A stretch of 58,280 nucleotides of DNA, the filler included, from Piptocephalis cylindrospora (taxonomy: Eukaryota): NCBI GenBank assembly GCA_003614145.1. It is 3 parts of 3 records of this genome, joined end to end, with 100 filler letters (N's around TTAATTAATTAA, not from the genome) between each part and the next. Parts side by side here need not be neighbours in the genome. Positions count along the whole stretch, not along the records: positions 1 to 19,497 come from KZ987820.1; 2 more parts are not named here. One strand, written 5' to 3'. Positions 1-11,400 of the stretch are shown piece after piece. The position numbers were made by a program, and so were the translations under genes. Below the pieces are notes generated by a model that had not been told where the DNA came from, ran no database searches, and worked only from the letters and a program-made list of their open reading frames with translations. The first letter of the stretch is position 1. Each line of letters starts with the position of its first letter.

Positions 1-53
1 CTACCTTCCGTGGCTGCCCTACGACGATGGCTATTCTTTGAGGGGATGGGCAT
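1..53 (-). CDS. Possible 5' end of a gene running off the left edge (MPIPSKNSHRRRAATEG...)
   Basis: Minus-strand ATG at 53-51, open to the window edge. A TATATAAG box near 137-144 and a pyrimidine-rich leader precede it. No product recognisable. Confidence 0.25.
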   Translation of the reverse strand, partial: MPIPSKNSHRRRAATEG

Positions 54-725
54 CAGAGAGATTGAGGAGAGAGGGGTAGAGGGAAGAGAAGCTGGGATGG
101 AAGAGACAAGAAAAATAAGCTGGCTCGCAGGGTCTCTTATATAAGATGGGGGGTAGGGGGGGACAAGGAGATAACAAGGATTGATGGTAGGAGAGACAGA
201 AATAACTTTGACCAGATGGCGGTGGCGGGTGCCAAGCAAAGGGCAGAGAGGGTTGTGCTTAAGGTGTGCAGTGAGTCGGGACGAGAGTGAATCGAATGTG
301 TGTGTTGATCAAAATAGGGTATGTTTCGTGTGTGCACCCGCACACGGATGGTAATGAGGATGACCAAAGTGTGCCCCAAGGGCTTGTCGCTGGTGTTCAC
401 GAGAAGAAAAAAAAAAGGGACAATGATGAGTGGGATTCGGATAAAGTGTTCTTTGAATCGAGCGAAAATCTCGCTAGATCGATGATTGTGGATGCTGGAC
501 AGGCTTGTTGTACCTTCCTCTTTCCATACCGAAGGATGAAGATAACGCGAGGGGCGATGCCACAGCGGGGAGCCCCGAGCATGGGTCTGTATGTGGAGGA
601 GGAGGGGTATGGGAAGGGGAGTGGAGTGGAGTGGGATGGAATGGAGGGTGGGAATCCAGGGGATGGGAGAGGGGAAGGAAAGGAGAAAGACGAGATGGGC
701 ATTGCATGCATAAAGAGATGCACCA

Positions 726-749
726 AGAGAGAGAGAGAGAGAGAGAGAG
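726..749. repeat. (GA)n microsatellite
   Basis: Directly visible AG dinucleotide run. Confidence 0.9.
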
Positions 750-1336
750 GGATCCTCTCAGGAGAAGATGGGGCAAGGATGAGGAGGATACTTCCTTCGA
801 TGGTAGATCCCACGAATGCTGGAAAGGTCTGTTTAGTCGGGCCTTCAAGCTCAGTCGGATTCGTTTGCACAAACAGCTCAGTCTATTCATGCTCCCTCCT
901 CCACTAAGAATCCGTAGTGCTGTGGGCGTGGCTTTTTTTTCAAAAAGAAAACAAGAGTAAAGCCTATTGTGATTGACATATAAAGTATTGACTAGGTATA
1001 TGCATCGAGCCCCCTGAGCATGCACATTGATCCATGTTGGGAGGACTCAAGCGAGAGGCACCTTCCATCTCCAGGTCCAAGGGTGAATGCGGCTTGCTTA
1101 TTCGTGTGGGCGAGACATAGATCCTTGCTCTTCCCTTCCTCCTTCCTACATACGAGGCGTAGATGCGGTGTCCCCCCCCTCCCCCCTTCCATCCCGCATC
1201 CTAAGGGTCAGTCTGCCCCGATGCATTCGTCTTGGAGGTTTCTTTCAATAAATCACTCGAGAAGAACTGCTCCCTCCCACCTTTTTCTTCGTTACCGAAT
1301 CATCCCCTGATCTCTATACACAATAGTCTATCTTCT

Positions 1337-1507
1337 TTCTTGGCAACCTTGCTCGACCAGCAGTCCTTCTTGGCAAGCTTTACTTAACCAGCCCTTGGGA
1401 AGATTTGCCCGATCAGCCCCCTTCTTGGTAACACTTGCTCAACCAAGTCTCTTCTTGGCAATTTTGCCCGACCAGTCCACTTCTTGACTACCTTGCTCTA
1501 CCAATCC
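1337..1507. repeat. Degenerate ~29-bp minisatellite, 6 units, consensus TTCTTGGCAAnnTTGCYCRACCAgy
   Basis: Units start near 1337, 1367, 1393, 1422, 1452 and 1481. Three contain TTCTTGGCA (reverse complement TGCCAAGAA). Confidence 0.8.
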
Positions 1508-1838
1508 TTATCCGCAACTCCTTCCTCTCCCATCCCATTCTATCCTATTCCATCCCATCCGTACACACACACACACATACACACACACACAAATATAGCC
1601 TCACACGGACATACAAGTGAGGAAAGTGTTATTTTTCTTCTTGGCAATCACCTCCTTGATTCCCGCCTTGCTTTTCCTACCAGTGTGGGTCCTGGACCAG
1701 CCGTTTACTATTTCTTGTCAACTACCCCTCCAAGTGCTTCCTTTCCTTCCCCCTCCCTTCTTCCCTCATCCTTCTCCCCATCCCTAGAGTGTACCTTATC
1801 TCCCGGAAGGCTATTTCTTTGCCTGTGAACACGAGACC

Positions 1839-3843
1839 ATGTCCAACGGACCAGACCCTACTACATCGTCTTTCTCCTCGCCCAACACCCGTCACACTAG
1901 TCCCTTACCCACTACTTCGACCCTATCCTCCACCACCCTTATCACCTCCCCCACCATGTCGCACTCTGTCCCTGAACAAAGCGGGGAGACGGTGGGGGAG
2001 AGCAGCCCGCTCAGGAGGAGAAGTAACACCATGGGAAGCCTAGCCTCCGGCTCCAAGGACTATCACAAAGGCCCCCCCCCCCCTCAAAGCTCGGATATTG
2101 GGGAGGACCTCTTCGTCCGATACCCCCCCAGTCCCCTGGAGGACCCCTCCCTGCGACACACGGCAACTCCGGTGGATCTGACCCGGAAGCGTAGTCTCAT
2201 CCCCTCGCAATCCTTTGATTACCGACCCACCCTTCGATCTCGTCGCAAGCGTCTATCCCAGTCCTCTAGCGGCCTATCTAGCGGAGCTTCCTCCATCATG
2301 AGCGTGAGTTAGACTCTCTTTCCTACGGCTTGCCCATTGCCCCACCACATCATCTCATCCCACATCTCCCTCCCGTAGAATGCTTCAATGGCCCATCGAA
2401 TCATGTTTTATAGCGCAAGATCGGGGGTATTGCGTGCCAACTCCATAGAGGAACTAGAATGGAGGGAGGGGGACGATCCGTCCGGGAGACCTTATCGACC
2501 CCCCACTCCCCCCCTCCCCATCGGTCAAGTCCATGGGGGATGGGGAGGACGACATCTCTCCTTCCCCAGGCCCCATCGTCTCCCCCTTGTCTCGAGCCAC
2601 CACGGACCCCACCCCCACCCCGAGTAGGGGAAGGGAGGAAGAGGAGGAGGGGAGTCCGGGATCCTGTCCTGAGTCGACCTCGGCCTCCCTCTCCGGCTCT
2701 CCCTCCTCCTTTCCAGACCCATTCGAAACTCTATCTCGACTAGTTCAGGGGGAATCCACATTTTGGATCGACATCACCGACCCCACGGTCGACGACGTAC
2801 TCACCCTCTCCAAAGTCTTCAAGATCCATCCTCTCACTGCTGAAGATGTCCTGGCCGAGCCGGATGAGACCCGTGACAAGTGCGACATCTACCAGCACTA
2901 CGCTTTTCTTGTCTACTCGACCTTTCACCAACTTCGCTCTCCTCCCCCTCTCACGAAGAACCAGGACAATCCCTTTACCCTTCCCCTTCCCATTGTCATG
3001 CCTTTTTTCATCATTCTCCTTCGGCATGGCGTTATCTCGGTAAGAAGTGTCATGTGTCTCCCTTGAATTCCATCGCCTTCTCACCCATCTCATGACCCCT
3101 CCCTCATTATCCTCACACAGCTCCACGCCGAGCCCACTAGCCAGGTCCGTAAGGTCCTCCAACGGATGGGTCGACTACAAGGTCTGGTCCAACCCTCCCC
3201 CGAATGGATCACCTACGCTCTGCTGGACGCCATCACGGATCGTCTAGAGCCCCTATTGAACAAGGCCACTGAGGTAGTGGCTGTCATTGAGGAGGCCATC
3301 TCCTCCCTAGAGTCCTCGGGAATGGAAGAACCCGAGCACAAGGGGGATGTCCGGGCAAAGCCCACCGATCTCCTCAGGAAGATTGCTTCGGGCAGACGTC
3401 TTCTCACCCAGATCTCCCGACTTCTCTCCGGGAAGCCCGATGTGGTGCGCGCCCTAGTCAAACGAGCCTCCGGTCTCGGTGACGTTCGGCTGTATCTCGG
3501 CGATGTCCTGGATCACACTATCACCATGTCCTATCAAGTCGTTGCTGCTGAATCCACCCTGCAGCGCGCTCACATTGCCCACGTCGCCCAGGTGAACGTG
3601 GCCCTGGCATCCACATCCGCCCGGATCGGGCAAGTCGCCACTCATCTCACCTTTCTCGCTCAGCTCTTCCTTCCTTTCCTGCTCATCGGAGGTCTCTTTG
3701 GCATGAATGTCAAGGTCCCCGGGCGGCCCTCTGACGATGACCCTCGTCCTGATGACCATGTCTGGTGGTATGTCATCTTTTCCAGCACCCTCGTCTTTTG
3801 CCTCCTTACTGTAGCCTATGCCCGTTACGTCCGATGGATTTAG
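1839..3843 (+). CDS. CorA-family (ALR1/MNR2-like) Mg2+ transporter; spliced, with an apparent frame break near 2458-2533
   Basis: Exons ~1839-2303, 2379-3039 (frame change inside) and 3121-3843, with GT-AG introns. Motifs FWIDITDPT, FKIHPLTAEDV, EWITYALLDAITD, LYLGDVLDH, the CorA signature GLFGMNVKVPG, then a final TM helix. Confidence 0.9.
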
Positions 3844-3968
3844 TGGGAGGAGGGAAGATGTACGTTAAAGTGTGTGATGTTGGGAGGAAAGGAGTTTTTT
3901 TTAAATTAAAAAAGACGAGATGGTATAAAAGGTTCAAATGAACGACCCGTATGTGTGTATATGTATAA

Positions 3969-4305
3969 ATGATGATGATAAATTGGTTTATTTCTCCCCC
4001 ATGGGGCTGGCTACAGAGTATCCAAACGTATGACGCGCCTAAGCCGGCTTGCGTGGTACCAGGGACATTATGTATGATGATGAAACCATGTTATTTTCCC
4101 CAGTGGGGTAGGCGGATGGGCATCCGAACACAGTCAACCAGGGACATTATGTAGATATAGTAGTAGTAGTAGTCGCAGTAACAGTAGTAAACCCATTATA
4201 TGTTCCCCAGATGGAGTAGGCTAATGGATATCCGAATGCAATACCCGCCCTTAAGCTGGTCTGCATGGCACCAGGGACTAAATCCCCGATGATGTGTGTG
4301 TGATA
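3969..4305 (-). mobile_element. Three tandem copies of a dispersed ~120-bp repeat (putative non-LTR retroelement 3' end)
   Basis: Copies at 3969-4066, 4074-4145 (internally deleted) and ~4183-4305. Shared plus-strand pattern ATGATGATAAA..TTATTTYCCC..TGGGG(C/T)..GGC..ATCCGAA..GCGTGGTACCAGGGAC. Strand and element class are inferred. Confidence 0.55.
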
Positions 4306-5285
4306 TATGAAATCGATATGGAATATCTAATGAGAGGAGAACGATCTATCATGAGCCATAACAAGTCTCCCACAAAAACTCCAAGAAGGATGGGACATGG
4401 TCCTAGATGACAAAGAGGGATACATGCGATCATAATGAACACGCACTATTCAAAATTCCATCCCAGCGCTCATCTACTCCGAAAAGGGGAATGTAGGAGA
4501 GCAGAAACAGTACCTTCAAGCAAGGAGAAACAAGGCGCCCTTTATCCTCCTAGCAACTCTATCCTTCTCCCATCCCGACCACCACTTCTCTTCCTCCCAT
4601 GGGAATCAGAATGGTAGAGAACCTGATATTCATGGGTGGTCTGACCCTTGATCCCCCGTGTCGATATGCAGGTCAGAATCATCTCATCCTGCCCTGATGC
4701 GCGTGTATGGATGTGCGTGAGGGGAGGTAGGCTCTTTCATCAAGAACACCGCTTTAGGCCCATGGCAGCACCGTAGTAAGGCGCAAAAGCCGCTAAGCAA
4801 TCGATCCCCCTCCATCCCTCCCGTTTATTCATGGCTCCGTGTCGGAGTATGCGTGTTTGGTGGATGAGTGTTTTAGAGGATACACAGCCTCATACTTTAC
4901 CCCCTCCCCCCATCAAATCAAGTCAGGGAAGGGGAAGCAGTCTCCGGCTCTTCTCCACCGTTCTCACTAGTCAGTGGGCTCATCTCATTCAAATCCCTCC
5001 TGCGGTTGTGTATTTATTCAAGAGAAACCAAATTCCAAGAATAGACTCTGCGTCCCCTTTCCCCGTTCACTTTGTCTTTTTCCCTTCTAAACCCCACCCA
5101 CCCATCGCTCATCCGCCCTTTCCTTCCTTCCTTGCCTTTCTTCCCTCCTTGCTTCTTGCCCCCTTCCTTCACATCAACTCCTTTTGCCTGTCCAGGCAAC
5201 CTGTATTCTCCCCACTCCCTTCTTTTTTGATTACCCTCTCTCATTAACTGACACCCACCTAGGTTCTCATCTGCCCCCAGTTCAT

Positions 5286-6521
5286 ATGCAATCCTACTTT
5301 TCCCTACGACGCCTCTCGGCCCTCTGGTCAGAGGGCTCGGTCGATCCACTACAGCAGGATAAACACTACCAGCCCGGCCCTCCGCACCTACGACTGGATA
5401 AGCCAAGATCCGCTTCCTTTTCCATCTCCTCCACCCTCTCTGACCCTGCGGCCTCGTCCTCTTCGACCCTATCCTCAGCTTCCTCCACCCATCACTCATC
5501 TTCTTCCACCTACCACCCAACCTCTTCTACCCACCCCTCTCCATCCTCCACCCCGGTATCACCCTCAAGCCCATACCTTGTCGATTACGCCACATCCCCT
5601 TCTCATACCCCAGGCGGTTTTGTTCGAGCCGTGCGTCTCTTAGCCCAGGAAAGATCCATGGCCCCCGGGCTCCATGAGGGAGGAGGCATAAGAAGAGGTA
5701 GCCATGCAGGTGAAGTCCATTTTTCCTCCTCTTCCTCCTCCTCTTCCTCTTCCTCCATGGGAAACCCTTACGCTTCATCCCCCGTGGGGGTTCATTCGGG
5801 GAGAAAGCCCTCTCTGCCCATCTCTATTTACGGGATGGGGACTGGAGGATCTCGGGAGGTGTCTAGTCCCACCTCCATCCACTTTGGAGGCAGTACCCGC
5901 GAAGTTACTACCCCCACCTCCATTCACTCTGAAACAAACCTCCGTGATGCTTCCCCATCCCCACTCCAACCAGAAGATGAAGAAACCTCCACCAAGCAGC
6001 GCGCCATCTTCCTCTCCATTCGGGTCATGAGAACCCTACCGACCATTGTTCAACGGGACCTCCAGGATGGCTCTTCCCTCCCAATCAATAACTCTTCCCG
6101 ATCCACCATGGCTCATCTCATCGCCTCTCGTCTCTACACCCTCTGGAGCCTCTCCCATCTTCCAAGCCCCCATCACGTGGATCAGGAGCGAGCCATGGCC
6201 TTACGAGATGCGCGTATTGCCCGTGCTGGTCCTGTCATCACCCAACTGGACTGTGGACTCGAGGCCGACTATGCCGTCCGGTACGCCCTCGATCGTGTCT
6301 TTCAAAGCGCCATGTCCACCTCCAAAAAGGTCTCCATGGTTGAGATGGCTCGGGAAGCCCTGGCCAAGGCTGTTTCTTCCGAAGGCCTCTTAAGTGAAGG
6401 GGAAAGGCGCTGTATGTACCGCTTCCACCAACTTGTCGGTGCATCCGGCTGTCGTCCTGTTACCCTTGAGGATATCGAGATCATTCTTGGGCTGGAGGAG
6501 GAGGAGGAGGAGAATGTATGA
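5286..6521 (+). CDS. Hypothetical protein (~411 aa): Ser-rich disordered N-half, helical C-terminal domain, acidic tail
   Basis: Long uninterrupted ORF; first ATG at 5286 after a pyrimidine-rich leader. No recognised family. Confidence 0.7.
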   Translation: MQSYFSLRRLSALWSEGSVDPLQQDKHYQPGPPHLRLDKPRSASFSISSTLSDPAASSSSTLSSASSTHHSSSSTYHPTSSTHPSPSSTPVSPSSPYLVDYATSPSHTPGGFVRAVRLLAQERSMAPGLHEGGGIRRGSHAGEVHFSSSSSSSSSSSMGNPYASSPVGVHSGRKPSLPISIYGMGTGGSREVSSPTSIHFGGSTREVTTPTSIHSETNLRDASPSPLQPEDEETSTKQRAIFLSIRVMRTLPTIVQRDLQDGSSLPINNSSRSTMAHLIASRLYTLWSLSHLPSPHHVDQERAMALRDARIARAGPVITQLDCGLEADYAVRYALDRVFQSAMSTSKKVSMVEMAREALAKAVSSEGLLSEGERRCMYRFHQLVGASGCRPVTLEDIEIILGLEEEEEENV

Positions 6522-6751
6522 TCATTGAGAGTACGGTGCAAGGAGAAGATCACGTGATCATCAAGGTAAAGACTGGAGAGGGAGGAGGGGTAATCATCAT
6601 CGAGAGTAGAACTTGGACAAAGAGGTGTAATCAGCCGTCAAGACTAGGGCAGCTCACTATGTAATAATATATCCATCCTTCTTGCTTTAACAACAACAAC
6701 AATGCCATAGTTGACATGCCCCCATCCAATAATACATCTCATCACACACCT

Positions 6752-7339
6752 CTACTTTAAGATGGTATGAGCATTCCGAAGGGATAGGAGTCCTTGGGCC
6801 CCTTGAATCCCAAGGGCCTTGACGTGCTTGTACACCTCGGGTGACCGATATCGCATCCCCGTCTTGGGGTCCGTGTAGATGGCCGGTAATCCCGTCACGT
6901 CGCAGTACTTGTACGGACGACGGATACTTGGGCCCGCCTGCACGGAAAAGTGGGTGGGGAGGGTGGGGAGCAGCGCCTTGACCCGCTCCCGCTCACTACC
7001 CAGTAACTGCTTGGCTGATCGGGCCTTGCGTGGTCCAAGTGTTTGACGTCCTGAGAGGAAGGGGCGGCGTAATGTCGCCAGGTTGATCTGTCCATCCATA
7101 TCCACCTCCTTGGTTGTTACTAATAGCTAAGCGGTGAGGATCATGGACAAGGGTGATTCCATAAGATAAGACGGAAGAGGACAAAGTTAGGGGTGTCAAG
7201 ACTAGAGGTACCCAGGTGACATATCAAGATGAGACTTACCTGGCCATTGGTCAGCTCCTTCTTCTTTGGTGCCCTAGTGAGATGAGACAAGATATTAGCG
7301 AGGGAAAGGAATATGCTCAAGTAATGGAATCACTTACAT
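6752..7339 (-). CDS. IES6: INO80 chromatin-remodelling complex subunit Ies6 (YL1_C domain)
   Basis: C-terminal THFSVQAGPSIRRPYKYCDVTGLPAIYTDPKTGMRY...LSLRNAHTILK is the Ies6/YL1_C signature. Exons 7339-7338, 7273-7240 and 7126-6752 splice in frame (MAPKKKELTNGQ/LLVTTKEV...). Confidence 0.9.
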
Positions 7340-7501
7340 GGTATCGATGGTGATGGAAGGTCGTAGAGAAGGGGGAGAAGAAAAGGGAGACTGGACTGTG
7401 ACAAGATTGTTTGTCTGTCCATCCAAAGGTAGGTCAATGGATGATATGGATAATGGTATGAGGAGTGTCAGGTACCATTTTGATGGTTGTTTACTCACCA
7501 A

Positions 7502-7555
7502 ATGATGATAAACCCAGTTTATTTATCCTTCATCGGGCTGGCTACAGAGTATCCG
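7502..7555 (-). mobile_element. Truncated copy of the dispersed repeat
   Basis: ATGATGATAAA...TTTATTT...GGGCTGGCTACAGAGTATCC, nearly identical to the 3969 copy. Confidence 0.6.
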
Positions 7556-8088
7556 TTGTTTACTCTCCAAAATACAAGTAGGGTCGCCATACTACATTGG
7601 TATGCTCAATCTACAGTGTGTTTTAATAGAAATTATCTTTATAAGTCATAAGTTATGTAGTAGCCTCAAAGGTCTCGATCCATTGAAGCTAACGACCCTG
7701 TACTTTTCTTGGCACTCCGTTATTAGACTGATGATTCTATTGATAATTTACCGCTTATTCGATGGAGTATGCCATGGAAGGAGCATTGATGATCTTTTGT
7801 ACGATAGTGCATGCGGCAAGAGAAATATAAATCATTGTAAACGACGGAAATGCGAATCGCCATCCAGAAAATATGAATTATATTCAATTGGTACCTTTTT
7901 GGGCCCAATTTTGTACCCAGGGATATCTTTCGCGTTGTGAGTGGTGATATGGATTCGCGTATCTGGAGGGGTGTGAGAGAGGCAGTGTGAAGAGAGGGGC
8001 ACCAGTCTACACCCGACAGTCTAGAGACCATGGGGAGAATATGGGCGGTCAAATACTGTGATGGGGATGAGGAGGTGTGCAGTGAGAA

Positions 8089-8152
8089 TGTGTGTGTGTG
8101 TGTGTGCGTGTGTGTATGTGTCTCTCTCTCTCTCTGTGTGTGTGCGTGTCTG
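8089..8152. repeat. Compound (GT)n/(CT)n microsatellite
   Basis: Directly visible. Confidence 0.85.
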
Positions 8153-8497
8153 TGGGCCAGCCTTTCATACGCTCCCTCCATCCACACTGCTCTCATACCT
8201 CTCCCTCCCCCCCATCATCTCTCCCAGCTAAAACCTTCTCCTCTCCGCCTCATCTCGCCATTTCACTCCTTTTCCCTCACACTCTAATTCCAAAAAGCTT
8301 GAACGAGACGTCCTCTCCCCCATTCACTCCTTCCTGACTCTCGCCTCCCTTCCTTCCTTCTTTCACCCCCACTCTTCCTCCTTCCTTTGCCTCACCTTGC
8401 CTCTCCGCCTCTTACCTTTCTCTGATCAGATCTCTTTTTTTCAAAGGAAGGCACTACCCAATCTTCCTGCCCCTCTCTCCTTTCGGTGACTCTACTC

Positions 8498-11400
8498 ATG
8501 CCCAGCTCTCCCTTCGTACGGTCGGAAGCGACTGTCTCGGACTCGGAGAGTGAGGACCGTAGGTCCGTTGGCTCCCAGGGCGATGGGGATTCTGCATCGG
8601 TTGACTCGGAAAACGAATCCGACATTGATCGGGAGCTTCAGGATGAACAAGACGACTGGCTTGTCGAGGACGAGGAGGAGGAGGAGGAAGGCGGCGACGG
8701 TGATCTCCGTCAGGGAAGACTCAAGGCACACTCTCACGAAAAAGATGGAAAGAGGAAAAAAAAGTCCAAGCGTCGAAAGCACCAGCGTCCCTCCCATCCC
8801 TCCGATGACTCGGATCCTGATCTTCCTCGGTCCCTGTCCCAGGACAATGATAATGATGATTTGGACGAAGATGATCTCGAATTGCTACGCGAGAATACTG
8901 GAATGTCCATTCCATCCCGGGAAGAGGTAATCATTCCTTCCTTCTTGACTATTTATGGTTGGTGAGGGAAAACTCCATATTCATGCCTTGACTCATCTCC
9001 CCCCCCCCCCCTTCCCTATCACTATTCTATCCTTTAGGCTAATCCCTTCAAGCGTCTCAAGAGGGGTAGACATTCGGAGAGAGAGGAACTAGAGGAGGAT
9101 CTGGCCAATCTACAAGATGATATTCCCGTCTCAAGGGATACTGATCGGTACCATGGTCATGATTCCACTTCCTATGATCAGGATGATGACATGGATGGCC
9201 CTTCTGGCTCAAGGGACCTTGAGCGTTTACTCTTTGACGAGGAGGAGGCCGATGACGATCGGGGTGGCGCGACTAGGGATGGTCGTTCCTCTGGTCTTCC
9301 TGGGACCTCAAAAGGCGCAGATTCCGCCGGGAAGATGGGACATCGAGGTTTAGGTGGTGAGAGAAATGGTGGTCTTTACGAGGAGGATGTTGACGATTTC
9401 ATCGATTATGACGAGGATGAGGAGGGTGAATTGGCCGATGAGGAGGTCGATGGTCGTCAGATCCCCACTCAGCGATCCACTGCTCCCGCCTCCTCTCGTC
9501 CCCGTGCTCGCCCCTCCGGCGTGGATGGCGAAACTGAAATGGAGATTGGCTACCTCTTTAACGATGGCCTGGCTGATGAATATGCATGGGCCATGGATGA
9601 AGAAGAGGAGGAAGAGGGAGGAGGGGAGGAGGAGGATGAGCATGAAGCTGAGGAAGAAAGTGGTTCTGGTACCTCGGCTCAGGGCGCCCTTGCCGATTCG
9701 GATCGTACCAGTCTTACCCCATCTAGGGCTACTCCCCCCTCCCGAGGTACTCCCTCCCTTCCAAGCACCTTAGCGGCTGTCTTTGAGCCCGCCATTCTAG
9801 CCGAACGTATGCTCACCACCCAGGATGAGGAGATCCGCATCCGGGACGAGCCTGAACGTCGTCAGCAGCAGTATCAATACACCCGGCAATCCGTTCTCGG
9901 GCCCTCTTCCCAGGCTCCCGTTGCCGAGGATGCCGGTGAGGAGGAGACTCCCACAGAGGAAGAGTTGGACCGAGAGGTCGAGTACATTGCTCGGGAGCTT
10001 CTTCCCTGGCTGAGTCGATGGGATAATGAAGGTAGACTCGGGGTCAAGATCGAGGGTCAGGATGGTACAGGGCCCTATGGCGCCTCCCTGGAGGAGGATG
10101 GTGACCGGGCTAAACAACGTCGTCTCCTGGCCCGGGAGGAAGGCGGAGGGGATGTTGATGTCTTGGAGGAACGGAGGAGGCGGGCCATCCGTGAGGCCGT
10201 CAAATTCCTTCGTACTGAGCGTCTTGAGGTCCCGGCCCTCGATCTCCTTCGTAAAGATTACTTTGAGGATTGGACGGAGCAGTACCGCCCCCATCCCCAG
10301 GCCCCTTTACCCACTCGGGTCTTGGGCCGTCCTGACCTTTGGGAGATTGCCCGATGGGACCGGGGTTGGCGTGGGGTTGAGGCCCAGGTCCGTCGGGCTC
10401 GCCAAATGATCCAACGTCTCTGGGAATGGCAGGATGGGCGGGACCCTTCTCAAGGAGAGGAGGATGATCACACTTCCTCCTTCTCTGCCTCAAATCAGCA
10501 TAGTCAGGAGGATAGTGAGGAGGATGGGGAGGCTCTGAAGTATGCGGCTCGTCGTCTGGATCAGGTGACGGGCTCCGAAGACGTTGGCGACATCCTTCAG
10601 CTTTTACGTATGCGTTTTGGAAAAGAATTGTCTGTCCGTTCTTCCTCCTCTTCCTCCTCCTCTCGATCCCTTCCTGCAAGTCAGGTAGATAAGCGAGCTG
10701 GAGGTGGCGGGGCATGGGATATGGTTCGGTCCATTGGGGCCATGCGTCACTTCCTTCGTCTCTTTGGCATCACTGCTCGGGAGTTTGGTGAGAATCTTCG
10801 GGATGGCGTCCGTCATCACTGGGCTGATGATGCCACTGAGGATCCTCAGGCTGCAGCTCAAGAAGTCATACGTCGCATGGCCTCTACTCCATCCTCCAAC
10901 AAACAGCTAGGGAATCGAGCCATTTTCAAGGACCCTGTTCGTGTTGTGGAGACGGGAAGGGGTGTCATTGCTGAGCTCCTCGCCTCTGATCCTCTTGTCC
11001 GTATGGCTGTCCGAGAAACCCTAAAGGGTCAAGCCCGGGTTTCCATTCACCTTACCGATCGAGGCTCTCAGGTCATTGATGCCTCTCATCCCGTCTATCC
11101 TTTCAAGTATGTCCGGAATAAGGCAGAGAGTGCTTTTATTGACGGGCAATTCCTTCAAATGTGTAAAGCTGAAACCGATGGTCTCCTTCGCGTCGAAGTC
11201 ATTTATCCCTCCGCACTTACTGATGGTCTTATCCAACGGGCTGTTTCCCTCTACATTGGCGATGGGTACAGCGAGGCTGCGGAGAGGTGGAATCGGGAGC
11301 GAGCTGCTGCTGTTCGTCGCGCCTTTGAGGACCGTCTTATCCCCGATACCACTCGATGGGCTCGGGGAAAGCTCCGGGCCAAGGCGGAAGCCTGGGTTGG

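Noticed and set aside
287..1310. Overlapping 150-200 aa ORFs upstream of the Mg2+ transporter
   Set aside because: Low-complexity purine/pyrimidine-skewed promoter or UTR sequence with microsatellites; the translations are not protein-like.
3969..4305. Tandem units as a CRISPR array, 5S rRNA or hammerhead ribozyme
   Set aside because: Units are long and diverged with no unique spacers or cas genes, in a eukaryotic context. The 5S resemblance is limited to TTAAGCTGGT, and there is no CUGAnGA/GAAA core with supporting stems.
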